Below are positions 38,207 to 47,728 of a stretch of DNA of 64,000 nt, piece by piece. Position 1 is the first letter of the stretch. Each line of letters opens with the position of its first letter. The position numbers and the translations under genes were made by a program. Below the pieces are notes generated by a model. That model did not search any database. It saw only the letters and a program-made list of their open reading frames with translations, and was not told the DNA's origin. This DNA comes from Candidatus Dormiibacterota bacterium (GTDB taxonomy: Bacteria; Chloroflexota; Dormibacteria; DASZGP01), in contig DAITAT010000001.1 of the NCBI GenBank assembly GCA_036824145.1, positions 42,427-106,426 on the forward strand, given 5' to 3'.

Positions 38207-40252
38207 CTAGTAGGCCGCCAGCTCGCGGAGCTTGATCGCGATCCCCTCGGGGTTGGGTAGGAAGGCATCTTCGAGTCCGACCGCGAAGGGCATCGCCGGG
38301 CTGTCTGGTCCGGTGAGTCGCACCAGGGGCGCGTCGAGCTGCTCGAAGGCCTTCTCCGCGATCAACATGCCGACCTCGCTGGTGACGGCGCAGAAGGGGT
38401 TGGCCTCGGTCAGCAGCAGCACCTTACCGGTCTTGCGGACGGAGGCCAGGATTGCCTCCTCGTCGATCGGCTTGAGGGTGCGCAGGTCGAGGACCTCGAC
38501 GTCGATGTTCTCCTGGGCCAGGTGGGCGGCGGCCTTGAGCGCCTGGTGCACCATCAGGCCGTAGGTGATCACCGACAGGTGCTTGCCTTCGCGAGCCAGG
38601 CGGGCTCTACCGATGGGGAGGGTGTACGGCCCCTCGGGGACGATGCCCTTGATCAGGCGGTAGGCGCGCTTGTGCTCGAGGAAGAGGACCGGGTCGGGGT
38701 CGCGGATGGCGGCGATCAGCAGGCCCTTGGCGTCGTAGGGGTTGCTGGGGGCGACCACCTTCAGGCCGGGGGAGTGGCAGTACATCGCTTCCGGCGACTG
38801 GGAGTGATAGAGGGCGCCGTGCACCCCGCCTCCAAATGGCGCCCGGACGACGATGGGGCAGGGGAAGTCGCCCAGGGTGCGATACCGTGTGCGCGCCGCC
38901 TCGTTGACGATCTGGTTGAAGGCGGGATAGCTGTAGTCGGCGAACTGCATCTCGGCGATCGGGCGCATCCCGGCGAAGGCGGCGCCGATGGCGCTGCCCA
39001 CGATCTGCGACTCCGCGATCGGGGTGCTGAAGCTGCGCCACTCGCCGAACCGCTCCCGGAGCCCCTCGGTGGCGCGGAAGACGCCGCCGGCGCCCACATC
39101 TTCTCCCATCACGAATACCCGTGGATCACGCTCCATCTCGTCGGCCATCGCCTCTTTGATGGCCTCCAGGACATTCAGCTCGCGCCCTTCCGCGGGAGCG
39201 ATGTCGGGTGCCTCGTCGGTGGTGTCCGGGGCGGCCGCCGAGAACACGTGGCTGGTCAGGGTCAGCGGGTCGGGATCGGGGGCGGCCTCGGCCGCTGCCT
39301 GGGCGGCGTCAACCGCGGCGGCGATCTCTGTGGTGATGGCGTCGTCGTCGGCTTCGGTCAGCAAGCCGGCTTTGACAAGCGTCGCCCGGAAGGCCGAGAC
39401 CGGCTCCGAGACGCGGTGGGTCTCGACCTCCTCAGAGGTGCGGTAGCGGCGCTCGTCGTCGTCTGAGGAGTGTGGTGTCAGCCGGTACACGATTGCCTCC
39501 ACCAGGGTGGGGCCTTCGCCGGCGCGAGCTCGCTCCATCGCCCGCCTGGTGGCCTCGTGCACCGCAACGGGGTCGTTGCCGTCGACGCGCACGCCGGGGA
39601 AGCCGTAGCCACGGGCGCGCTCGGCCACGCCGATAGGGATCTCCTCGTCGGTGGGAACGGTGATGGAGTAGCCGTTGTTCTGGCAGAAGAACACGACTGG
39701 AAGCTGGTGGATGCCCGCGAATGACATTGCCTCGTGGAAATCGCCCTCGGCGGTGGCGCCTTCCCCGAAGCAGGTCAGGCAGGCGGCTTCGCGGCCCTCG
39801 ATCTTCAGCGCCAGCCCGATTCCCACGGCGTGGAGGATCTGGCTGGCGACGCAACTCGAGCCGGTGACGTACTGCAGGGATGCCTTGCCGTAGTGACCCA
39901 GCATCAGGCGGCCTCCCGTGGAGGGGTCGGCTTCCCGGGAGAAGAAGCCCATCATCAGCTCCTCCAGCGTCATCCCCATCACCAGCGAGAGGGTGATGTC
40001 GCGGTAGTAGGGCACCACCCAGTCGACGCCCGGCTTGACCGCCATGCCGGCGCCGGCCTGGGCGCCCTCGTGGCCCTGGTGGGGCATCACGAACGCCACC
40101 TGGCCGGTGCGGTTGAGCAGCCACATCCGCTCGTCGAAAGCGCGGCCCAGGCGCATCAACTTGTAGACCCGCAGCAGCTCCTCGCCGCTGAGCTCGGTCT
40201 CTATATTGGAGTTCAGGCCCGGCCGCCGTTTGCGGCTCGGAGCTATCTTCAC
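38207..40252 (-). CDS. Fused 2-oxoacid dehydrogenase E1 component, alpha and beta subunits in one 681-aa polypeptide (TPP-dependent)
   Basis: N-terminal alpha-type TPP-binding region (GxGx...GDG/N pattern), C-terminal beta-type region VFVMGEDVGAGGVFRATEGL...; no E2/E3 adjacent. Confidence 0.8.
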   Translation of the reverse strand: MKIAPSRKRRPGLNSNIETELSGEELLRVYKLMRLGRAFDERMWLLNRTGQVAFVMPHQGHEGAQAGAGMAVKPGVDWVVPYYRDITLSLVMGMTLEELMMGFFSREADPSTGGRLMLGHYGKASLQYVTGSSCVASQILHAVGIGLALKIEGREAACLTCFGEGATAEGDFHEAMSFAGIHQLPVVFFCQNNGYSITVPTDEEIPIGVAERARGYGFPGVRVDGNDPVAVHEATRRAMERARAGEGPTLVEAIVYRLTPHSSDDDERRYRTSEEVETHRVSEPVSAFRATLVKAGLLTEADDDAITTEIAAAVDAAQAAAEAAPDPDPLTLTSHVFSAAAPDTTDEAPDIAPAEGRELNVLEAIKEAMADEMERDPRVFVMGEDVGAGGVFRATEGLRERFGEWRSFSTPIAESQIVGSAIGAAFAGMRPIAEMQFADYSYPAFNQIVNEAARTRYRTLGDFPCPIVVRAPFGGGVHGALYHSQSPEAMYCHSPGLKVVAPSNPYDAKGLLIAAIRDPDPVLFLEHKRAYRLIKGIVPEGPYTLPIGRARLAREGKHLSVITYGLMVHQALKAAAHLAQENIDVEVLDLRTLKPIDEEAILASVRKTGKVLLLTEANPFCAVTSEVGMLIAEKAFEQLDAPLVRLTGPDSPAMPFAVGLEDAFLPNPEGIAIKLRELAAY

Positions 40253-40497
40253 CTGGGGCGGCCGAGTACCAACCCGCGCTGGGGCTTGCGCCCCTTCGTT
40301 TCGGCGCTGGTCATCTAACCCTCATATCATCACCAGTGGCAATTGTGAACCCGTCTCCCGGCAGAGCCCGGACCGCTGGAGTTTCTGAATCGACGCCGAA
40401 ACCACTCCGAAGCTGACCTGTCACACGGTTGCACGCCGCATCCATTGTCGGCCATGCCAAACGACAATACGCTGAACCAGGTTTGAGGCCAGCATCA

Positions 40498-41706
40498 ATG
40501 ACGTTGACGACCGGCCTGCCCGGCGCGGCGGCGCTGGTCCTGACCGCCTGCATTGGCCAGGGCAGCTCCGCGCCGGCAAGTTACGCGGGCAAGACCATTG
40601 CCCTGGGCGCGGTGTTGTCGGTGACCGGCGCCGGCGTCAATTACGGCCCGAAGCAGAAGAAAGGTATCGACCTGGCCGTTGAGACAGTCAACCGGGCCGG
40701 GGTGAACGGCGGCCGGATTTCGGTTCATGTCCAGGACGACACCTCCGATCCACGACTTGCCACGACTGAGACCGAGACCCTGGTCAACACCAAACACGTG
40801 CTCGGCCTCATCGGCCCTACGCTTACGATCGCGGCCACCCCGGTGCACACCGTGGCTCAGGCGAAGCACACGCCCGTGCTCGCGACGTCTGAGACCGGCA
40901 AGCACGTGGTCGGCGATTGCGCTGCGGCCGCCGGGTGCGGCTACATCTTCCGCGACAGCCTCGGCGAGGCCGTGGCGATCCCGGCGAACGTCAAAGCGGC
41001 GGCGAACAAGTCCCACCCGCGAACCGGTCTCATCTTCTATGCGGGGGACTACACGCCGTCGGTGGAGGCGCGTGACACTTTCCGGCAAGCCTTCGCCGAC
41101 AACGGCATCACTGTCGCCAGCGGCGGTCTGCTCGCGTTCTCGAAGCACGACACCGATTTCAGGGCGATGGTCACCAGCGCCAAGGACCTCAAGGCTGGCA
41201 TCTGGGCGATCTCGGCGTTGGGCGATCGCCCCGGGACCATCGTCGCGGAGGCGCGCGCCCAGGGGTACACCGGCCCCATCATCGGCGACGACAGCTTCAA
41301 CACCTACACCGCCAGCCAGGCCGCCGGCAAGGCCGGCGTGGGCGCCCAGGCAGGCAGCGGTTACTGGCTGGGCAACGGCGACGCGGCGAACCAGTCGTTT
41401 GTCCACGCTTACAAGGTCAAGTACAGGGACAGCAAGGGAACTCCCGAACTACCCGATGAGGTCGCCGCCCAGGCCTATTCCGCCGTCCTCCTTTTCGCCG
41501 AGGCGGCCAGGAACGCCAACCTCAGCTTCACCGACGTCGCCAAGGATCGGGCCGCCCTGCGCTCCGCGCTGGAGCGAGTCAGCCTGGCGACCCCGTTGGG
41601 CCGGTTCGGTTTCACCGGCGCGCACGACGCCCAGCAGCCCATCTGGATCAACGCCATCGACGGCAAGGGCGGGTTCGTGAACGTGACCTCGATTCCCGCC
41701 GGCTGA
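40498..41706 (+). CDS. ABC transporter substrate-binding lipoprotein, branched-chain amino acid (LivJ/Peripla_BP_6) type
   Basis: Lipobox LTAC; type I periplasmic-binding-protein pattern; orphan (no permease/ATPase nearby). Confidence 0.75.
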   Translation: MTLTTGLPGAAALVLTACIGQGSSAPASYAGKTIALGAVLSVTGAGVNYGPKQKKGIDLAVETVNRAGVNGGRISVHVQDDTSDPRLATTETETLVNTKHVLGLIGPTLTIAATPVHTVAQAKHTPVLATSETGKHVVGDCAAAAGCGYIFRDSLGEAVAIPANVKAAANKSHPRTGLIFYAGDYTPSVEARDTFRQAFADNGITVASGGLLAFSKHDTDFRAMVTSAKDLKAGIWAISALGDRPGTIVAEARAQGYTGPIIGDDSFNTYTASQAAGKAGVGAQAGSGYWLGNGDAANQSFVHAYKVKYRDSKGTPELPDEVAAQAYSAVLLFAEAARNANLSFTDVAKDRAALRSALERVSLATPLGRFGFTGAHDAQQPIWINAIDGKGGFVNVTSIPAG

Positions 41707-41718
41707 AGCCGGGGGTTG

Positions 41719-41743
41719 GGTGCGCCCGCCGGCCTGGCGCACC
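41719..41743 (+). terminator. GC-rich hairpin (8-bp stem GGTGCGCC/GGCGCACC, 9-nt loop) after the SBP gene; no U-tract
   Basis: Hand-identified inverted repeat. Confidence 0.3.
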
Positions 41744-41790
41744 GCCCCCTAAGGGCCAGATCCGCAGGGGCTCAGATCGGGGCCGCCGGG

Positions 41791-41796
41791 TAGAAT
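41791..41796 (+). promoter_or_regulatory. TAGAAT -10-like hexamer embedded in inverted repeat, 6 nt upstream of tRNA-Ala(CGC)
   Basis: gccgccggg-TAGAAT-cccggcggg; same hexamer family as rplU/bS22 promoters. Confidence 0.3.
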
Positions 41797-41802
41797 CCCG
41801 GC

Positions 41803-41878
41803 GGGCCCGTAGCTCAGCTGGGAGAGCGCTGCGTTCGCATCGCAGAGGCCGTCGGTTCGAGTCCGATCGGGTCCACCA
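41803..41878 (+). tRNA. tRNA-Ala (anticodon CGC)
   Basis: Acceptor GGGCCCG with G3:U70, anticodon loop TTCGCAT, T-loop TTCGAGT, CCA encoded. Confidence 0.85.
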
Positions 41879-41943
41879 CGATTCTTATCAAGTTCTCGTA
41901 AATCCCTCACCCGTACCTAACTTTCAAGAGTCAACATCTGCGC

Positions 41944-43164
41944 ATGGAAACTCCCGCCACCCCCCCTGACTACCCTCAATCGCCGACCTTCGGGTACGAA
42001 CCGGCGCCCACCGTCACCAACCCCAAGCCCCCTCGGCGGGGTCGCGTCCTACCCCTGGTCGCGCTGGGCGCGGTGGCCGGCGGAGTGGTGGGCGGAGCGG
42101 CTGGCGCGGCCATCGTCGCTGGTCGCCAGAAAACCACAAGTGCCACCGGGGCCCCCTACATCTCCGCCCCGGTGAACACCGGCGGAGGTTCAACCACCGC
42201 CTCCGGCATCTCGGCGGCAGCAATCTACCAGCAGGATTCCCCGGGCGTGGTCGTTATCACCACCGAGCTCGGCAGCAACTTCCGCAACGTCGGCGAGGCC
42301 ACCGGCTCTGGCATCGTGGTCAACCCCCAGGGGGACATCCTCACCAATGAGCACGTGGTGGCGGGCGCAGCCCAGATCCGCGTCGCCTTCAAGGACGGCA
42401 CCGTCGTGACAGGCAACGTTGCCGGCACCGATGCTTCCGACGACCTCGCCGTGGTCCATGTCTCGGGGGCGGGCAGCCACCTGCATCCGCTGGTGCTGGG
42501 CAACTCCGACGGGTCCCAGATAGGCGACCCGGTGCTGGCAATCGGCACGCCCTTTGGCCTGGCGGGCTCGCTCACCTCGGGGATCGTGTCCGGTCTCGGC
42601 CGCAGCAGTACCTCCCCCAGTGGCCGCGCGCTGACCGGCATGATCCAGACGGACGCCCCTATCAACCCGGGCAACTCGGGGGGGCCGTTGCTCAACGCCA
42701 AGGGCGAGGTCATAGGCGTCGACGAATCGATCCAGAGCCCGGTCCAGGGCAGCGTGGGCGTCGGCTTCGCCGTCCCCATCAACACCGCCAAGCGTGTGAT
42801 CCAGTCGCTGGAGTCGGGCAAGGCAGTTCAGCACCCATGGCTCGGCATCAGTGGCCAGACCATGACCTCGTCGCTGGCGAGTTCGTTGAGCCTCCCCAAG
42901 CAGAGTGGAGTGCTCGTGGTCCAGGTGGTCAGCGGTAGCCCTGCCCAGAAGGCCGGGCTGCAGGGCACCGGCAGCGCCGACGCCAGCGATGACATTCTCA
43001 CCTCCATCGACGGCCACACGCTAGCCTCGGTCGAAGCGCTGACGACCTTCCTCGATACAAAGAAGGTCGGTGACAAGGTCACCATGACGGTGACCCGGGG
43101 CAACAAGACGATCTCCCTCACCGCCACCCTGGCCGACTTCCAGCAGCAACCAGCCGGAGGCTGA
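41944..43164 (+). CDS. HtrA/DegP-family trypsin-like serine protease with C-terminal PDZ domain and Pro-rich/TM N-terminus
   Basis: Catalytic triad contexts NEHVV, SDDLAVV, GNSGGPL; PDZ region after. Confidence 0.85.
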   Translation: METPATPPDYPQSPTFGYEPAPTVTNPKPPRRGRVLPLVALGAVAGGVVGGAAGAAIVAGRQKTTSATGAPYISAPVNTGGGSTTASGISAAAIYQQDSPGVVVITTELGSNFRNVGEATGSGIVVNPQGDILTNEHVVAGAAQIRVAFKDGTVVTGNVAGTDASDDLAVVHVSGAGSHLHPLVLGNSDGSQIGDPVLAIGTPFGLAGSLTSGIVSGLGRSSTSPSGRALTGMIQTDAPINPGNSGGPLLNAKGEVIGVDESIQSPVQGSVGVGFAVPINTAKRVIQSLESGKAVQHPWLGISGQTMTSSLASSLSLPKQSGVLVVQVVSGSPAQKAGLQGTGSADASDDILTSIDGHTLASVEALTTFLDTKKVGDKVTMTVTRGNKTISLTATLADFQQQPAGG

Positions 43165-43185
43165 CCGGGCAGGCCGCGGCTCAGC

Positions 43186-44532
43186 TCAGAAGCCGCCCGA
43201 GCTAGAAGGCTCGGGCGGCCCGGCCGGCTCATCCGACAAGCCGCCGCTGGCCACCGCCAGGGCGATCAGCATGGCGGCGCCGAGCAGTCCGAACATCACC
43301 CCGGCTTCGAGGTGCACCAGGGACTCGCTCTGGTTGGGGGCCGAGCCAACCTCGGCGAAAAGTCCCAGCGCGGAGACCACCACCAGCGGCGATATCAGCG
43401 CCGCCTTTGACGCCCGCGCCCGCCCCAGGGCCCAGATGGCGCTGAAGACGTAAACCTCGAGGAAGTAGTAGGGCCACACCGTCTTGGCCAGCAGCGCGAA
43501 GCTCGCCGCCGTCAGTGCCAGGGCGGCGTAGATCCTGCCCCTGACCATGCCGCCGGGCCGCGTCGCCAGCCAGAGGTTGATAGCCACCACCAGCGCGTCC
43601 ACCATCGCTAGGTCCCAGTGCTGGGCTACCTGCTCCCAGGCCGTGCCCCGGCTGAAGGTCCAGATCGACCCGCTGCCGACGAGCAGGCTCGAGCGGTACC
43701 CGAACAGCGAGTGCGCAACGTCGACGCGGTCGGCGAGGAAGAAGGGGAGCAGGCCACCGATTGCCACCACCGCGCCCACGATGGCGACGCCGCCGGCACG
43801 GCGGATGCCCTGCCGCGACCCCGCAAGCAGCAGGGGAAGCGCGAGCAGGGTCGCGGAACTGCGCGCCAGGATGGCCAACCCCAGGGTCGCGCCGCCGCGC
43901 AGCGGACGCTCCGCGGCTGCCCATCGGGCCGCCAGCAGGACCAGCCAGATCTCCAGCGGCTGCTCGATGTGGCCGTAGCCGGCGACCGAGTGCCAGATCG
44001 GCGGGGCGACGGCGAAGGCAGCGTAGGTGAAAAAGCGAGCACGGCCGGAGAGACGTTGGCCGCGGAGGCGCTCGACCGCCATCACCGCCTCCCGGGCCAT
44101 CAGCAGAATGAAGAGGCTGAAGAGGCTCAGGGCAACGAGGCGCCGCAGCTGCATGCTGTCGGTCCACCCGAGCGCCTTGACGACGATGCCTGCGACCGTC
44201 AGGGGCGCCAACGCCAGGGGACCGTTGGCGTTGGGGTACGACTGCTGCCCCGCCGGTTGGTAGACCATCAGCGGCTGCCCCGCGACGGCGATCCTGGCTG
44301 ACGGCCAGAAGAACTGGTCGAGGTCGTTGCCAGGAACAGGGAAAAACGCGACCGCCCCCCACAGCGCTATGCAAGCGACCACCCAGGCGATCGGCGGGAC
44401 GCGGTCCCAAGGGCGACCGCGCCCGGCATTGGCGGGGCCGGAGCGGTCGTACCCTGCGGCCGTCACGGCGCTCATCATATCCGTGCACGGTGGGAACAAC
44501 CCCAAAGGAGGGCAACAGATTGGCGAGTTCAC
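43186..44532 (-). CDS. Polytopic membrane protein, GT-C-like glycosyltransferase (DUF2029/GT87-like)
   Basis: Multiple TM helices with loop signatures reminiscent of polyprenol-phosphate-sugar dependent glycosyltransferases; weak family call. Confidence 0.45.
   Translation of the reverse strand: MNSPICCPPLGLFPPCTDMMSAVTAAGYDRSGPANAGRGRPWDRVPPIAWVVACIALWGAVAFFPVPGNDLDQFFWPSARIAVAGQPLMVYQPAGQQSYPNANGPLALAPLTVAGIVVKALGWTDSMQLRRLVALSLFSLFILLMAREAVMAVERLRGQRLSGRARFFTYAAFAVAPPIWHSVAGYGHIEQPLEIWLVLLAARWAAAERPLRGGATLGLAILARSSATLLALPLLLAGSRQGIRRAGGVAIVGAVVAIGGLLPFFLADRVDVAHSLFGYRSSLLVGSGSIWTFSRGTAWEQVAQHWDLAMVDALVVAINLWLATRPGGMVRGRIYAALALTAASFALLAKTVWPYYFLEVYVFSAIWALGRARASKAALISPLVVVSALGLFAEVGSAPNQSESLVHLEAGVMFGLLGAAMLIALAVASGGLSDEPAGPPEPSSSGGF
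43192..43219. terminator. Strong hairpin (11-bp stem GCCGCCCGAGC/GCTCGGGCGGC, loop TAGAAG) 28 nt after htrA stop; lies inside the last codons of the convergent membrane-protein gene
   Basis: Hand-identified perfect inverted repeat. Confidence 0.4.
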
Positions 44533-44581
44533 CCGGGTCGTTTGAGGAGAGGCGCATCGCCGGCGTCAAGGAGGCCGCGGA

Positions 44582-44908
44582 GTGACCCCACCCGCGCCGG
44601 GCGACCGGGGCTTCCCGCCGCTGAGTCGAGCCCAGCGGATCCTGCTCCCAGTCGCCGATGCGTTCATGGTGGCGATGCTTTCGCGCCCGCCATCGGGGTC
44701 GCTGCGAACGACGCGGGTGACAACTGCCTCGATCGGGCTCGCCACCGCGGGGTTCTGCGTCGTCGGCGTGCTCGGCGTGGTTCTCGCGTTGGCGGCCGGC
44801 GCCCAGCCCCTGCGCTGGCTCGTAGCCGTCCTCTTGGAGATCTTCGCCCTCAGCGCCGCGGCGCTGGCCGTGTTCGGGTTGCTCCAGCGCCGCCGGCTGC
44901 CTGGGTGA
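44582..44908 (+). CDS. Possible small two-TM membrane protein (108 aa)
   Basis: ORF with two clear hydrophobic helices in otherwise unassigned 470-nt gap; could be spurious. Confidence 0.3.
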   Translation: MTPPAPGDRGFPPLSRAQRILLPVADAFMVAMLSRPPSGSLRTTRVTTASIGLATAGFCVVGVLGVVLALAAGAQPLRWLVAVLLEIFALSAAALAVFGLLQRRRLPG

Positions 44909-45005
44909 AGCGCGGGCAAAAGGAAGGGGCAGGCGAGCTATTTGCTCACCTGCCCCTTGGTCTGGGGCGATTCCGCCTTCGGGCGGGCCCTAGTCCTGCG
45001 TTGTT

Positions 45006-45296
45006 CTACCGCCTCGGCTGCTGGCTGAAGCAGTCGCTGCAGTAAACCGGCCGGCCCGAGGTGGGCTGGAACGGAACCTGCGTCTGCTTGCCGCAATTGC
45101 TGCAGATGACGTCGAACATCTCGCGACTGCGGCCACCGCCGCCTCCGCCCTGGCCGCGCCTGATGGCGCGGCAGTCGGGGCAGCGCCCCGGCTCGTTGGT
45201 CAATCCGCGGCTGGCATAGAAATCCTGCTCCCCGGCGGTGAATACGAACTGCTGATTGCAGTCACGACAGGTAAGGGTCTTGTCCTGGAAACTCAA
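45006..45296 (-). CDS. Tandem zinc-ribbon protein (two CxxC...CxxC units, zf-trcl-like), 96 aa
   Basis: CRDCNQQF...CPDCR and CSNCGKQ...CSDCF with Gly-rich linker; sits immediately downstream of DEAD-box helicase on same strand. Confidence 0.65.
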   Translation of the reverse strand: MSFQDKTLTCRDCNQQFVFTAGEQDFYASRGLTNEPGRCPDCRAIRRGQGGGGGGRSREMFDVICSNCGKQTQVPFQPTSGRPVYCSDCFSQQPRR

Positions 45297-45339
45297 TTGG
45301 ATACCTCTGGGTGGTTGATGGCGACGCCTGGCGTAGCCG

Positions 45340-46608
45340 TTATCGAGCAGCTGATTGTGATCGGCCGCGGTTGTTGTTGGAGCGGTAGCGGCCTCGGGGC
45401 CCGGCCGCGGCGGGCTTTCCCGCTAAGGCCTTCTCTGCTGCCGTCCAGGTCGACTTTCTGGGTAGGTCTGGTGCTCCCCCCCGCTGGAGGCGCTTCCATT
45501 TGGCCTCTTCCTCGGGAGTGATCATGGTAACCGCGATCCCGTTCGAGCCCATCCGGCCGGTCCGGCCGATGCGGTGGGTCAGGAGATCAGCGGATTCGGG
45601 AAGCTCGTAGTTGACAACCAGCCCGATGTGGCGTACGTCGATGCCGCGAGCGGCCACGTTGGTGGCGACCAGCACCTTGACCTTGCCGTCGCGGAAGCGA
45701 TCAAGGGCGCGGTCGCGCTGTCCCTGGCTCATGTTGCCCTGCAGGGCTTCGCAGCTCATGCCGGCGCGCTTGAGCTGGCTTTCCAGCTTCTGCACCCCCC
45801 ACTTGGTGCGCCCGAAGACGAGCACCGAGCCGTCGCGGTGCTCATCGATCAGCTTGCAGAGGTCCTCGAAGCGCCGCGCCGAAGTGGTTTCGTCGATGCG
45901 GTGCTCGATGGTGCCGTCGTCCTCGGCCTTGTAGTCGACGGCGATGTGGGCGGGGTCGTGGAGCTCGCTCTTGACGACACCTTGCACCCATTCAGGCATC
46001 GTGGCCGAGACCAGGATGGTCTGGCGTTCCGGCGGCAGGTAGGACAGGATCCGGGTCACCTCGGGGGCGAAGCCCTGGTCGAGAAGCTCGTCGGCCTCAT
46101 CGATGACCGCGACCCGGACGCCGTCGACCTTGAGGCGGCCCTCCCAGATGTGGTCCATCATGCGTCCCGGTGAGCCGAAGACGATCTGTGGGGTCTGGCT
46201 GAGCTGCATCCGCTGCTCGGCGTAGCCGACCCCGCCGATCAGGCAGGCGGTACGGAAGCCATGGGGCTTGAGCAAAGCGTCGGCGACGTCGGCGCCCTGG
46301 TTGGCCAGCTCCCGCGTGGGGCAAAGGACCAGCGCCACGGTGCGCTTGCGGTCGCCGAGTTGAGCGCAGAGCTCGACGATGGGGATGACGAAGGCGGCTG
46401 TTTTGCCGCTGCCCGTGGGGGCCTGAACGAGCGCGTCACGGCCGGCGAGCAGGGGCGGGATGGCCTGCGCCTGCACGGCGGTAGGCTCGGTGATGCCCAT
46501 CTTGCCAAGCCCGGCAAGCGTGGGCGCGCTGAGTCCCAGCGCGTCGAATGTATCTGACAAAGGTTGTCTCCTGGGTCCTTGAGTTGGGTCGAGGTTCGCG
46601 GACCGCAA
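45340..46608 (-). CDS. DEAD-box ATP-dependent RNA helicase with Arg-rich C-terminal tail
   Basis: Q-motif, Walker A APTGSGKT, DEAD (VIDEAD), SAT, HRIGRTGR. Confidence 0.9.
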   Translation of the reverse strand: MRSANLDPTQGPRRQPLSDTFDALGLSAPTLAGLGKMGITEPTAVQAQAIPPLLAGRDALVQAPTGSGKTAAFVIPIVELCAQLGDRKRTVALVLCPTRELANQGADVADALLKPHGFRTACLIGGVGYAEQRMQLSQTPQIVFGSPGRMMDHIWEGRLKVDGVRVAVIDEADELLDQGFAPEVTRILSYLPPERQTILVSATMPEWVQGVVKSELHDPAHIAVDYKAEDDGTIEHRIDETTSARRFEDLCKLIDEHRDGSVLVFGRTKWGVQKLESQLKRAGMSCEALQGNMSQGQRDRALDRFRDGKVKVLVATNVAARGIDVRHIGLVVNYELPESADLLTHRIGRTGRMGSNGIAVTMITPEEEAKWKRLQRGGAPDLPRKSTWTAAEKALAGKPAAAGPRGRYRSNNNRGRSQSAAR

Positions 46609-46783
46609 CGGTCACCCACCAACGGTGGGGCTCAAGGAACGTTGGAGACACACGCACGGTCAATTGGACCGCGATGAACGAACTGTAGCATGGATTCTGG
46701 CCCCCTCCGGGCGAGACCCGCGACTTCAGACCCAGTTCGCGACCCCTGGAGGATGCCGGCGGCTCCGTATAATCCTCGACGGG

Positions 46784-47728
46784 CTGATGGAAAACACTTC
46801 GCTGACCCTGTTTGGCGTCGCGATCGCCGACTACTTCGTCTCGATGCCGCTGTACTTCATTGCCGCTGGTTGGGGCAAGCCGCGCCTCGCCCGCGTCGCG
46901 ATGGCGGTCACGGCTCTCGGCCTGGCGGCGCATCTCGGCTCCTACGGCTTCCGCTGGGCGGCGGACGGCCATTACCCGCTCTCGAACATGTATGAGTACA
47001 GCTCCCAGATGGCCTTGATCATGGTGGCCTTCTTCCTCGCCACCGCCTACTTCTGGAAGACGGAGTACCTGGGCGGCCTGGTTGTAATTGGGGCGATCGG
47101 CATCATGAGCGTGGGCCGCTCGTTGTACACCGGCCCTTCAGGCTTGATCCCGGCGCTGAACTCCTACTGGCTGAAGATCCACGTCACCAGCATGGTGACG
47201 GCATCAGCGCTGCTCAGCTTTACGTTCTTTTTCAGCTTTGCCGCCCTCCTCAAAGCCTGGGCCATCGGCGGACGCAAGCTGGTGCTGGCTTCGGGCCCGC
47301 GCTACTCGCTAGCCGCCACGGTGACCACTTCGGGCGGAACCGCCTCCGCCGCCGGTCCGGGCGCGGCCGTCGCGGCCGCCGGGCCACGCTGGCTGCAAAC
47401 CGCCACCGCCTGGCTGCCTGACCCCGAGACCCTCGACAAGCTTGCCTTCCGGATGGTCCTGATCGGCTTCCCGCTGTGGACTTTCGGAGTAATGATGGGG
47501 GCGGTCTGGGGCGAGCACGCCTGGGGCCGGTGGTGGGGGAACGACCCCAAGGAGATCATGGCCGCGGTGACCTGGATCATCTACGCCATCTATTTCCACG
47601 CTCGCGCCATTGGCGGTATGCGGGGCTACCGGACCACCGCGATCGCGAGCCTCGGGTTCCTGTCGGTCCTGGCCACCTTCTATTACGTCAACCTCTGGAT
47701 CGTCGGCCTCCACTCCTACGCCAGGTAA
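46784..47728 (+). CDS. ccsA: Cytochrome c-type biogenesis protein CcsA/ResC (heme handling, WWD domain)
   Basis: Trp-rich WGRWWGNDPKE motif and conserved His; ORF begins 46625 but MENTSLTLFGV at 46784 fits family length. Confidence 0.75.
   Translation: MMENTSLTLFGVAIADYFVSMPLYFIAAGWGKPRLARVAMAVTALGLAAHLGSYGFRWAADGHYPLSNMYEYSSQMALIMVAFFLATAYFWKTEYLGGLVVIGAIGIMSVGRSLYTGPSGLIPALNSYWLKIHVTSMVTASALLSFTFFFSFAALLKAWAIGGRKLVLASGPRYSLAATVTTSGGTASAAGPGAAVAAAGPRWLQTATAWLPDPETLDKLAFRMVLIGFPLWTFGVMMGAVWGEHAWGRWWGNDPKEIMAAVTWIIYAIYFHARAIGGMRGYRTTAIASLGFLSVLATFYYVNLWIVGLHSYAR

Noticed and set aside
44542-45045. 167-aa plus-strand ORF (MRRGASPASRRPRSDPTRAG...)
   Set aside because: Arg/Pro/Gly-rich with no hydrophobic core; likely GC artefact. 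The overlapping 108-aa two-TM ORF is the more plausible gene if any.
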